A stretch of 64,000 nt of DNA, from NCBI GenBank assembly GCA_040285825.1, contig JAUPSS010000001.1:3596001-3660000 (forward strand), given 5' to 3'. Under the pieces are notes generated by a model. The model was given only the letters and a program-made list of their open reading frames with translations. It was not told where the DNA came from and did not search any database. How positions within the stretch are numbered: position 1 is the stretch's first letter; each line of letters starts with the position of its first letter. The DNA is from Eukaryota sp. TZLM1-RC (Eukaryota > Protista > Metamonada: BaSk clade). The position numbers were made by a program, and so were the translations under genes. Positions 25,201 to 35,789 of the stretch are shown piece by piece.

Positions 25201-28200
25201 TCAACCGTCAACTCAATGGTCAAACATTCAAATGTGATACGCAAATTGAGAAAAACTGCTGTAAAATTTCAACAGTTACGTATTCACACCACATGTTGCT
25301 TAAAGCTGTATTTACAGTCTTGTTTTGAACGTAATTTGTCATTACCACGAATATGTGCCCAATTATATGAATCATTAATGGCCAGAATTCGTTATATTTC
25401 AGCTGAGTATTATTGGGCAAGAAATGGTGAAACCAAAGAGTGCATTTCCAGAGGATTTTGAAAACTTTGTTTATGGTGAAGGAGATTATAGATTATCGAC
25501 CACCTTTGAACAACAAAAGTTGAACAAAACATTGAGTTATGTAGACCATTTAAGATATAGGCCTGAGTTCCACGATTTCCAACTGATGGCTTCAGTAGAC
25601 CACCTCAGTATATGGCCCCAGTAATGTTTACCAATTTTGAAAACAATTTGAAACTAAATTATGAAAAACATATTAATCGATTTATTAATGTTTACTTTGA
25701 CAAACCAGATGTGGAAAGTGTGTTAGCAGAAATGCACAAGCTGGGTATAATACTCAACGCCATTATCTACCATTATTTCACTATATAGATTTAGGCTTCG
25801 TCAATTCAAAAACTTGTTTTTAGTTGATGATAGAGATTTCTTAAGTTCTTTGTTTCATCATCCTGAAAATATTTCAGACCTTCTGAATGATGAATTTTTC
25901 GATTTATGTGAACAACATGATATAAGAAATAATGAACTTAGAGACATATTTGAAGGTCTTATTGAGCCATTCACTTGTCAAATTGAGAATTTGGTCACTG
26001 TGTTGCCTAAAGTCTATTGTAGTAAAGAAAAGTCAATGAGGAAAAGTTGATTCATTTTCTAATCATATTTTATAAGTCTTAGGGCGCCAACACTGCTTCT
26101 TCCCTTTTTCAAAATAAATCAGCTTATATGAATATGAAACTAAAACTATGAACAAATAACTAAATAACTATAACTACTGAAAACTAAATACCAAATTCTA
26201 ATGTTTTCCATTGTACAATTATCTTTGTAGTGATTGGGATTCACACAAACACTGGTTTCACATTTTTAAGATCGACAATTGATGTACTATGACTCTCCTA
26301 CAATAATGTTAGTATAAGGTAGTAAGCAATAACTGAAAAGAGCCTCGTTCCAAGATCTGTATGTTTGAATACTTTTTTGTGTATGTTTTAATCGCTTTAT
26401 AAAGGTGCTCTGCTTCTTCCCTTTTTCATAAACGAGAAACGTGGTAGTGTCGTTTAGTAAAAGTATCATGGAATCGAAGAAAGGATTCGCTAATGATCAT
26501 GCAGGGTCTATGTTGGATCAAAAACAACAGTCAGCAAAGTAACAAACCTCAGAGACCTGACGGCGGAGTCTTTTGTTGTTAATGTACTGGTTTTACGACT
26601 AAAAATATCAGAGGAGCAAGGACCGTATCTTTGCATTGTAGTACAATAACAGTGGAGGTGGATTTTCTACTCGTAACCTCGTATTTGGTCGACTTTTCTC
26701 GTGTTTGGCTCCATAAGGAAGGGAGCTGCTCGAATGAATAAAAGTCCATTGATTCGAGGTAAGACTCTGTGTCCTTGTTAGGAGGATCCATCACTGGAGT
26801 CATCTTCCCCTTCTGTGGTATGTACTCTCCTGAAGGGGTAGATTATGTAAAGTGGGATTTCCATCCGTTTCTTTACTAGATGCTACATTAGGGAGGGGAA
26901 AGGGAACTGGTCCGTACTCGTGGCCTCCTCTGACCCTTTTAGCTTGTACATCTTTTGTGAGGAGAGAGGGAGCCGGGTCCGTTCTCGTTACCTTTTCCAT
27001 TGTTGAAGATGGAGGGACCTCGTCCACTCTTTCATCTTTCACTTTTAGGGAGGGGGAGGTGGGATCCGTGTCTGTTACCTCGTTACCCTTTTTGTAATGT
27101 AAATGTGTATGTGTCGCTGCTTCCTGTTGCTGCATGTTAGGTGAGGAATTGGGGTCAGAGATATCTTGCTGAAAGATGTCTAACATGCTGTAAAGGTTTC
27201 TGGGGATGTTTACTAGTAAAGTGCTGAATTATGGTATACCTTTTGACTTTAAAATGGCCAATAATTATTGTTGTTTAAAGTCTATTGTAGTAAAGAAAAG
27301 TCAATGAGGAAAAGTTGATTTATTTTCTAATCATATTATATAAGCCTTAGGGCGCCAACAACTGACGAGAATTTAGTTGACAACATATTTCGAGTGGATA
27401 TACATTTTCTTGCAGATGCTGTTGAAAAGGATCCTCAAATATTCCTAAAACCAGCAATTACAATTGCCCAATATATCTCCAGTAGAGAGAAAAAACCTTA
27501 TCATATTTCTCCTGTTTCAACCACTGTAGGCCCTGGATATTTTCCCATTGATACAAGAACACTATGGTGAATTGTTAAACAAACATTGATGGATGATTTA
27601 TCATCTACACAGACGCTGAAAATGTCCAATACACTAGCCCAAATTACGAAATTCAAACCACCTGAGCAATTTGACTTTGGTCTAATATTCTCGATTTAAA
27701 TCAACCAATGTTCAAACAGAAGAGCTATAAATTCAACAACATTATTCACACAGATGGATTTAATATTGCAGTAGAATTTGTTCGTCGAGATTTACAAGGT
27801 CAGAAATGTAAGCCAGACAACAAGGCTAGTATTTCGGATTTATATATTCATGATGTTGATGTTGATGCTTTTCAAGACAAACGAATTGTTGTTTGTGATC
27901 CTGGAAAACGTGATTTATTGTATTTTGGGAGTAAAAAGACTGATCAAGAATTAGCCATGGTTCCTCAGATTGAAACCGAACAGCAAAGAAATAGTCGGGT
28001 GATGAATCAAGACAAGAAGTACAAATGGTTAAGAATGACTCAGATGTCCTGGTCTTTGAAAAGTAGGATGAACGAAAAGCAAAAACGATGGACGACAAAG
28101 TATACTGTGGTAGATTACGGCAGGAACCAAATGATAGAGTCTTACGAAACGACAATCGAAGATGCAAACACCGAATTATCTGCGTTTGCTGCAAATTTAG

Positions 28201-28775
28201 CAACTTCTATAGATTTTTCCAACTATGTGGTTGTCAAACTTCGGCAAGTTTTTTTGACAATTGACTTTTATAGTCTTGACGTGTGGAGCATTCATAAAAT
28301 GCAAGCTTTTATTCACAAGCAAAAGACTGAAAGTTGGTTGTTAAAAAGCCTTGTTCAGCAGTTTGGCAATCCAAAAGACACTTTAATACTAATGGGTGAT
28401 TGTGGTAAAAAAGGTTACAAGAATTTGAAACATCATCGACCTACACGTGGTATTGGATGGATTCAATTTCTGAAAAGAAATGGATTTGAAGTATTGATGA
28501 ATAATGAAGCTTTCACTTCAGCAAAATGCCCTGTTTGTTTTGAAAAGGTTGCTACGTTTTTGAGAGTAACAAATCCCAGATTCTATAGAAGAGAAAAGAC
28601 TCCTGTTACTACATGTCATGGTTTATTAGCTTGTAATAGTCAGAGTTGCAAACTCAGTAACAAAGGCTCAACAAAGCTGTTCAATAGAAATAAGTTGGCT
28701 TGTCTGAATATGTTTGCAATTGCCGAAGCGAGGATGAGTGGCAATGAAAGGCCTCAGTATCTGTGTAGTAGATAG
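25190..28775 (+). pseudogene. Fanzor1 (TnpB-derived RNA-guided RuvC nuclease), degenerate and interrupted by an LTR mini-element
   Basis: Fanzor1-type motifs in order: YKTI, HTTCCLKLYL..LPRI, MFTNFENNLK..HINRFIN, KDPQIFL, PGYFPIDT, LWSNILD, FNNIIHTDG, RuvC-I VCDPG (D 27897), LMGD..HRPTRGIG, RuvC-II NEAFTS (E 28506), CPVC..CHGLLAC..C zinc finger, RuvC-III FNRN (D replaced by N at 28689), RPQYL. Lesions are about 5 frameshifts, a TGA at 27568 and the insertion at 26001-27360. Confidence 0.88.
26001..27360 (-). mobile_element. Non-autonomous LTR retroelement (TRIM-like, 1360 bp)
   Basis: 92-bp LTRs at 26001-26092 and 27269-27360 (TGTTG...CAACA, 5 mismatches). 4-bp TSD ACTG at 25997-26000 and 27361-27364. 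PPT GAAAAAGGGAAGAAGCAG (- strand) at 26093-26110. Possible PBS TGGCCA on the - strand at ~27260. No RT or integrase core. Confidence 0.92.
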
Positions 28776-28830
28776 TTGTAATTATTCCACACGAAAATCG
28801 ATTGTGTATATATAGGAATTTCTCACACCC
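28776..28830 (+). ncRNA. Candidate Fanzor omegaRNA scaffold / element right end
   Basis: Directly after the Fanzor stop. ATTCC(28784-88)/GGAAT(28815-19) encloses an ACAC/GTGT inner stem. The position matches the known TnpB/Fanzor layout, but the boundaries are unknown. Confidence 0.35.
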
Positions 28831-28856
28831 TCAACTTCACACCATTTGATCAATCA

Positions 28857-29515
28857 ATGGACAGTAAAAAGAAACTCGTTCTTATAGGTTCTGCTGGTAC
28901 TGGCAAGACTTCTCTTATACATCGTTTCACCAGACACACATTTAGCCCTTCCTACACAAGTACAGTAGGTATCGACTTTATGTCCAAAACCGTTTACTTT
29001 GAAGACAGAGATCCTGTTGCCCTTCAAATATGTCATATATTACAATCTCACCTTAGATATGGGATACTGCTGGCCAGGAACGATTCGCTGCTCTTCTTCC
29101 TTCCTACTTGAGAGAGTGTTCAGCTGCTGTTATTGTTTTTGACATCACTAGCCGTGCTTCATTTGAAGATGCGACGAGCAAATGGTTACAAAGTGTTAAA
29201 GAGGAACAATCTAATCAATCCGAACCACTGGTTGTGCTGGCAGCAAACAAGGCAGATTTGGCTAGCAGTAGGGAAGTTGAACTATCAGAAATATCATCAT
29301 TTGCTAGTACACACAACATTCCCTTTTTTGAGGTTAGTGCAAAACTGGGGCATAATGTCAAGGAGTTGTTTCAAAACATTGCTTTATTACTTTCAAAGCC
29401 AAGTTCTACTGAAGTTGTTGAGGAAAATGCAGTAGTTAGTAATAAGAATGGGGATGATTTACTATTGACTCCAGATCTAAGTAATAGTAACAGTAGAGGC
29501 AATTGTAGGTGTTGA
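28857..29515 (+). CDS. RAB6: Rab6-family small GTPase (2 exons; intron 29028-29056)
   Basis: GSAGTGKTS, Rab6-type effector STVGIDFMSKTVYFED, IWDTAGQERF..LLPSYLR, NKAD, EVSAK and a C-terminal CRC prenylation motif. Confidence 0.85.
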
Positions 29516-30035
29516 AGTAGGGCAACCGTTCGAGTTGTAGTAGCAGGGTTTAAATAATGTTGCTTGTACATTGAATTAATTGTTATAAATGTGTTTTTTG
29601 TATCTTTTAAATTCACTTGTTTGGTGTTTAATTAATAAATTAGAATTGAGTAAAAAAATGTACATTTTTATAGTTATTGACAAACATATGTTTTATGTTT
29701 GATGAATTAGTCTGAATCAACACCTTTTCTTCTAAAACTTACATTCAGCAGAAGGTGCGTAACCATAGAACAAGTCCAATGTGATGTTGAGAACATTTGT
29801 AATTAGTATGTGTGTAAAAGTTGATTAAAATTTCACAGAATCAGGATGAGATGAAAGATTCCTGAAGCTGTGCTTGGAACATACTTGTCTTCCTCAAATT
29901 ATCATTATTTATTTGAATCCAAAAATGAACAAAAAAATTAATTAACTAAAATTAATTAATTGATTGATGAACAGTCCAATTTGCGAAAAGAGGCAAACAA
30001 TTCCTTTCCAATTATACTCATAAACGCAACTATAA

Positions 30036-30650
30036 ATGGGAAGACGCAAAGCAAAGATAAAGACATTTGAAACCTTCTCATATGACAAGGACGATGAAAA
30101 CCTTCCTCCTCCTCCAACTGAAGATGATCAAGCGAAGGTTTCTAATTCAGTTAAACGTATACAAGAACTAAAGCAACTTGCATCAGCCCCAAGAAGTAGA
30201 AAGAGACGATCCTCTGCTCTAAACCAACCTACCAGTACCAACCTGCCAGCACAGCAAGCAGGAGAGAATTTCTTCCAGTATAAAAAGCGTGTGAAAGACC
30301 ATATGAACTCTGTTTTGCACAAAACAGCCAAAGACAGAACTCGCAAGAAGGAAAAATCTAGAGAACGTAAAAAGATGGCTGAACAGAAGAAAAGGGAAGT
30401 TCGTCTACATCGCCAGCAAGGGGAACAGGAGGAAGCTCTTTCACACGACGTTGTGATGTTTGGAGAGGTGGTTCAAGCTCCTCCAGAACTACCCAAGTTG
30501 AAGAAGGCAGTTGATGCAAAGAATACATATACTGGGACATTGGCAGCAAGTTTGCTTAAATCACCAAAAGATACTACTGTTGAAGATGAAAAACAACTCG
30601 CTTTAGCCGCCTATAAGAGACTGAAACAGAAAAGGAGGGTATCTAACTAG
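30036..30650 (+). CDS. CCDC137-like basic coiled-coil nucleolar protein
   Basis: Lys/Arg-rich 204-aa ORF with DVVMFGEVVQAPPELP and LAAYKRLK motifs typical of the CCDC137 family. Confidence 0.65.
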   Translation: MGRRKAKIKTFETFSYDKDDENLPPPPTEDDQAKVSNSVKRIQELKQLASAPRSRKRRSSALNQPTSTNLPAQQAGENFFQYKKRVKDHMNSVLHKTAKDRTRKKEKSRERKKMAEQKKREVRLHRQQGEQEEALSHDVVMFGEVVQAPPELPKLKKAVDAKNTYTGTLAASLLKSPKDTTVEDEKQLALAAYKRLKQKRRVSN

Positions 30651-30790
30651 TGTTTATTTAGTATTTAATAGTCTTTATAGTTGTACAAACAGGAGAAACA
30701 ATAAATAGTACATATAAGAACTAAATAATTAAATAGAATGACTAGAAAGTAAAACTAACATAATAAAGAATGACTGAACTGATAGCAAAA

Positions 30791-31195
30791 CTAAATCAAG
30801 AGCTTCTCGACAGCAATCTTCAGCTGGTCAATTTGTCCTTTGAGAGGGGAGCGGTCAAAATCTGTGATAGCGCAGGCAATTACGTTTCTGGAAACACCAC
30901 AAGCACGACCGAGGGCTGTCTTAGAAGGAACAAAGACGTAAGGAACGTTCTAGTGTGAGATGAGAGAGTTTAAACAAACTTTATCTTCACACAGCAGAGG
31001 TAAGTGCAGGACAATTTCTATGGGTTCTGCGTCTGCTGCCATGACAATGACCTCGGCTATACCGCGGTTCAAAGCCTTGGTTGCTTCATTCGCGCCCTTC
31101 CTTAACTGTTTGTAGTTTTGACCTTGTTGAACAAGATCTAATATGGCAACAGTAAGGTCACCATCGGCAAGGGGATAGGCTTTTGAAGACACCAT
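30791..31195 (-). CDS. SNU13: SNU13/15.5K (L7Ae family) U4 and box C/D snoRNP protein; intron 30950-30979
   Basis: [34 protein letters not shown]|[26 protein letters not shown] after removing a 30-nt GT-AG intron. Confidence 0.95.
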
Positions 31196-31272
31196 TATTA
31201 GAAGAAGGGATTGAGATTTTCGAAACAATCTGTCTGTGGATTTCATTTGAAATGCATACTTTCGTCTGCTTT

Positions 31273-31740
31273 TTCCCGGCTTAAATGGTAGTTTTACTAT
31301 TTTAGACGTCTATGTCCATTGACCCCTCCAATTCTTCTAACGAAAATTTCATTAACTCAGATGTAAATAATCCTCTTCTTGCTGGCGAAAAATATAAAAT
31401 TGCTAAATACGCGAAACCCATTTCCTCTGTAAATGATAATTCTCATGCCCAATATAATTTATGTCCCTTTGTCTTTTCTTTGCTTGGATCTTTAGGTAAG
31501 GCTGATATGGCTTTCCTTGACGATTTTGTTGTAGTTGTAAAGGAAAGAACTGGAAGAATTTTCAATCGTGTGTACTGGCAAAACAGGATTGTATTTTCTA
31601 TTTTTAAGGGAATGGTGAAATTAATTTCTGATTCGTTCTCTTCATTTGGGAAATTTACTGAATCTTTAGTACTTAATTGTTTTGATGTAGGTGAGGCAGA
31701 TTTTGAGGATGTGGACTTTTAGTTGTGTATTTCATGATTT
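31273..31740 (+). mobile_element. Family B 3' fragment
   Basis: ORF 31312-31722 is homologous to 1693-2355. Confidence 0.85.
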
Positions 31741-32249
31741 TATATTCCCATATTAGATAAACTAAAATATAATATTATCACTGTGATTTGCAACTCAGGT
31801 GTTTATTTTCAAATTCGCAACACCCACCCACCCAGTTAACAACCACCTCTTCTCACGCCACCCCATCAATGCCATACACCTTTGAACTTCTTCTATCCCA
31901 TGACAATCTTCCTTCTCTACGTAATGCACCTATTTCTATGGAAAAGTCTCAGTCATCGGTGTCAGGTAACTCAGATATCACGCAAGCGCCGGTTGTTGGC
32001 CCATAGCACTTTAGATATTAGTTTTCTCTTGCTCAATCCATTACGAAGATGTACAATTTTTTGGATTTTTCCGAAATGAACCCAATCGCAGCTTTCTATT
32101 ACATAACATTGATTGAGGTTTCAAACTTTACTATTTTTCAGTTTCTTTGTTTTCTTACTGTTGCAGTTTTATATATACTGCACATTGTACTTGATGCTAT
32201 ACTATGTAGAGTCCCCAATAAAAACAATCTGTTTCCAATATAATATTAT

Positions 32250-34190
32250 ATTATATAAAGAATCAAATAAAAACAAAACAAACTAAAACACATAAGAAAC
32301 TAAATTCTCCACGCCAACTCTTGATGAATCCTTATAAAGTTTAGACATCATTAAACTCAAGTACTTGGGAACACTTCTGTACAAAGCGAAAATGATACGA
32401 TTTTTCCATAAATTCTCTGCAAAATTCTTACCACTTGAACGACATAAATTACCAAAATCATTGATGAAATTCATGGCGGATTGTCCAATGTTGCCAAAAA
32501 TCGAAAAGGCAAAAGGAACAAACGAAAACTTCGAATAAAGGTTCTTATTTAAATCATTTAATATCTCAGTATATTTATCTCTCTTACGATCTTCAGCCTT
32601 GTTTAAATGGCCATTAGTACTAAGTAAAACATCATCGCGATAAACCAAAGCAAAGGGATCAACTGTAGTGAAATCAACAACAACTTGAGAGGAATCCACA
32701 AATGGAGCAATTAAATCACCTCGACGTGAATTAAAAGATTATCATCACTATAATGCTTCAACAAAGGTTCTACTTTGCAACTAAAATTGTAACACTTGAA
32801 CATCTCATATGTCACATCACGAACGGCATTATGAAGAACTGACCTATATTGGAGAAATTTCTTACAGCTCACAATATGACGAAAATTGGCAGTAGGTTTT
32901 TTGTTACAAATACAATAAGAATTGTCCAAAAGACCACTTGGATACATCCCTAATCTCAACCGCATGTTTTGTTTCCAAGCTTCATTTGTTAAGTGAAGAC
33001 CAAATGGCCTTGGTTGCTGAGATATTAAACTAGTACAGTTCTGAATGTCTGCTAAGAAGGCAGCAAAGACGGGATTATTAATCTTAGTCACACTAAGTCG
33101 TTTAGAAAAATCCAGGTCTTCAAAACCAATAAGAACAGACTTCTGTAATTTCACAACAGCAAGATGAAGGTTGGTGAAAGATCTCGAAGGCACAGCAGGT
33201 AAACTTGAAGGAAAACTCCTATTCCAAATATCAACAGGTAGTTCTTGCACCATTTTTTCAAGAGAAATTAATAAAGGATGTGATTCATTTAAAGGAATAT
33301 GATCAAAACGAAGTTTCCATTCAAAAAGAAAATTTTTCATACCACCAATAAAAGCACTTTTGCATAAATACTCTGCTTTTGAAAAACCAACTCCACCAAA
33401 TTTAGGACTAAAAAATGCATGATAAGGAATTTTTGATGGACAAACTTCTACTAAATTTCCTAAGAAATTTGTTCTCAAAGTATTGAATTGACGTGCAAAA
33501 TCATGAGAAATTGTGGGAGATAAAGAACGAAGAAGGTGATTAATTTTTGATCCAAAACACACATTTAGGACCGAAAACGCTAAATGTTTGTCAATTTCTA
33601 GATCTTCAATAGCCAAAAGTTGCTCTTCGATTTTTTCCAAAATACCTGACAAAATCGATTTAACTTTTTCACTATTTCCAAAATAAGATCCAAGAAACCG
33701 AATAGCATCTTCCTCGTAATCAACGTATTTGATAAAAGTTTCATTAAATGCCACCTCCGCATGCTGATTACCAATAATGAAACACTTGGGCAATTTAATG
33801 TCTAACCCTATTTGTTTGGCCAGAAAAACAAAATGTTGTAAACCGTGTTGTAAAAGAGACAAAGGGCCAATAAGTGATAAATCATCTGCATAAGCACATA
33901 TATGAATGTCAGGAAAATCCGACTTAAATTTTACCAAAACTGATTGCAGTGCTAAGCAAAAGAAAAATGGACCCAATGGATCCCCTTGTTTGACCCCTCT
34001 TGACGAAACAATATTCTCAGAATGAAAAATTAAGTTAGAGGGTGATCCATACATCAATTTAAAATACGGCAAAAGTGGAGGATAGTGTAGTTCAAGTTCT
34101 TGCAAAATACTGGAGCGAAAAACGGAATTGAAAGCATTTTTAAAATCAATGTTTAATAAATAATTTTCGCCTTTTTGATCTGTTTCCAAT
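32250..34190 (-). mobile_element. Family E RLE non-LTR retrotransposon, 5'-truncated
   Basis: ORFs 32711-34189 and 32283-32699: DFKNAFNS, GVKQGDPLGP, AYADD, CIC..HIVSC, VLHNAVRD, RRGD, KRDKY, ends VSYVF. Confidence 0.9.
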
Positions 34191-35626
34191 ATTAATATAT
34201 TTATATATTACACTATTCGAATATATCTAATAAGAGACAAGATATTTTCTTTTCTTAGGTGATTTGAAGGTTAGACGTTTGAAAATAGTTGATACATCAT
34301 AACCTTCCTCCACAGTTTGATCGCACACTTGGCACAAACTGGGTTTAATGGATGAGACTTAACCTCGTTAGCAGGGGTATATGAAGTATCAAAGATCACT
34401 GAATACAAGTTTGTGGGTGTTTAAATGGGCTGTTAAACCAGAGAATCTTGGAACGAAAACGTTTTGGGAGGATCAATACGAAGACGATACACTGTGAGTG
34501 ATTTGAAGAAAGTTTAAAGCTGTTTAAATAACATTGATTTGGATGTGTGTGAAACGAAAAATAAGGATCTAAGGTGAAAAGCACAGTATTCAACCTAACA
34601 GACCACCACAGTCCTCTATTTCCAATTTTAACAAAGGTTTTCATCATTGATATAGAGTTTTCTGAATTAAGCATCTCCACTTCCACCACTTTGGTTGAAG
34701 TCATCTTAATGTGTCCGCGAATACTGAGGATGTAAGCTAATTTAGGAATTTCTGGCAGTCTGGCAGAGATCAAAGGACTCAGTGACCCAAAATTTCTGAA
34801 TGATTTAAATATTCAACATGTCAAAAAGCATCCGAGTAAACAAAAGCTTACTTTCCGCATTACCATCATTTGAATCATTTAAATCTTGATGATCAAGCCT
34901 TGATCCCTGTAACCATGATGATTTGAGCATCATTGCCGTCACTGGAATCGCTTTATTTATCAAATTTATTTATTTATTGTATTTATTGATCTGTTGAAAG
35001 TTGAAAAGTTGAATCGTTTTCCGTGATTAGGAAAGATGACGTTGTTTTGAAACAGAAAATAATTTGTTTGAATTAATTAGACCATTAAATTCAATTGTAG
35101 AATTAGTATTAAATTACTATTGACAATTATTTAATGTTTCTGAACTTTTTCCTAATCTACAACTAATTGAGTGTTCAAAAGAAGTTTTTGAATTGTTGAA
35201 ATCAGAATTTCTGCTCTTATTTTGAAATCTTGAATATCAAATCACTTAGTTTTTTGATTATTTGTTTTTTGTTTCCTACTTTGCTTCCTGCCATCTATAA
35301 CGGACATATAGCCCTGGATTCTGCTTGATATGGAGTCGAATGGATTATGAATGGTGTTTAAGTAATTCAGATCAGACAAAACGGTGACTGACTCGACGAG
35401 TCGGTGACTGGATGTTATCTATCGCATCATTGGATTGAATACCGTGAACAAAGTCGACACGTGATGCGGGATCAAGCAATATCAAGCAGAAGGTGTTGAG
35501 TTGATAAGCGAAGCCGAAGGTGATAAGACAGCAACTTCAGATGTGAAAAAACAGATATTGAAACAAGTTTTTTCAAACAATTTTTTTTGAAAGATTTTGA
35601 AAAAAGTTTTTTCAAACAACGTTTGA

Positions 35627-35740
35627 TTTATTGAACTTGCACACTTAACAAAATAAACTCATAATTAATGGGAGGAAATTCATTGAACTTATTCGATTGA
35701 AAACCGAGGTAATCTATTAATAATGGCAAATTGAATTCAA
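35627..35740 (-). mobile_element. Degenerate family D 3' end
   Basis: Reverse complement matches 47635-47803 (IQFAIINRLP and the 3' UTR CCCATTA..AAGTGTGCAA.TTCAATAAA). Confidence 0.7.
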
Positions 35741-35789
35741 ACAACAGAAATCAAAACTTCAAAAGTTACATCATCAACAAAAGTATAAG

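Noticed and set aside
24264-25237. PolB gene of a Polinton or giant-virus insertion
   Set aside because: Only the exonuclease domain is present. There are no polymerase motifs (DxxSLYPS, YGDTDS) and no capsid, ATPase or integrase genes nearby.
25745-25788. 44-nt GT-AG intron in the Fanzor
   Set aside because: Splicing leads to TAG at 25821 and the length does not match the 29-30 nt host introns. A simple frameshift fits better.
29690-29900. Box C/D snoRNA between Rab6 and CCDC137-like
   Set aside because: TGATGA and CTGA words are present, but the spacing and terminal stem are unconvincing and no guide target can be verified.
31788-32243. Small host gene (ORFs 31788-32006 and 32049-32243)
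   Set aside because: Possibly real and intron-split, but there is no recognisable motif to support a call.
34200-34935. Minus-strand multi-exon host gene around ORF 34396-34773
   Set aside because: Coding-like composition and a possible GTAAGC donor, but no confident gene model or homology.
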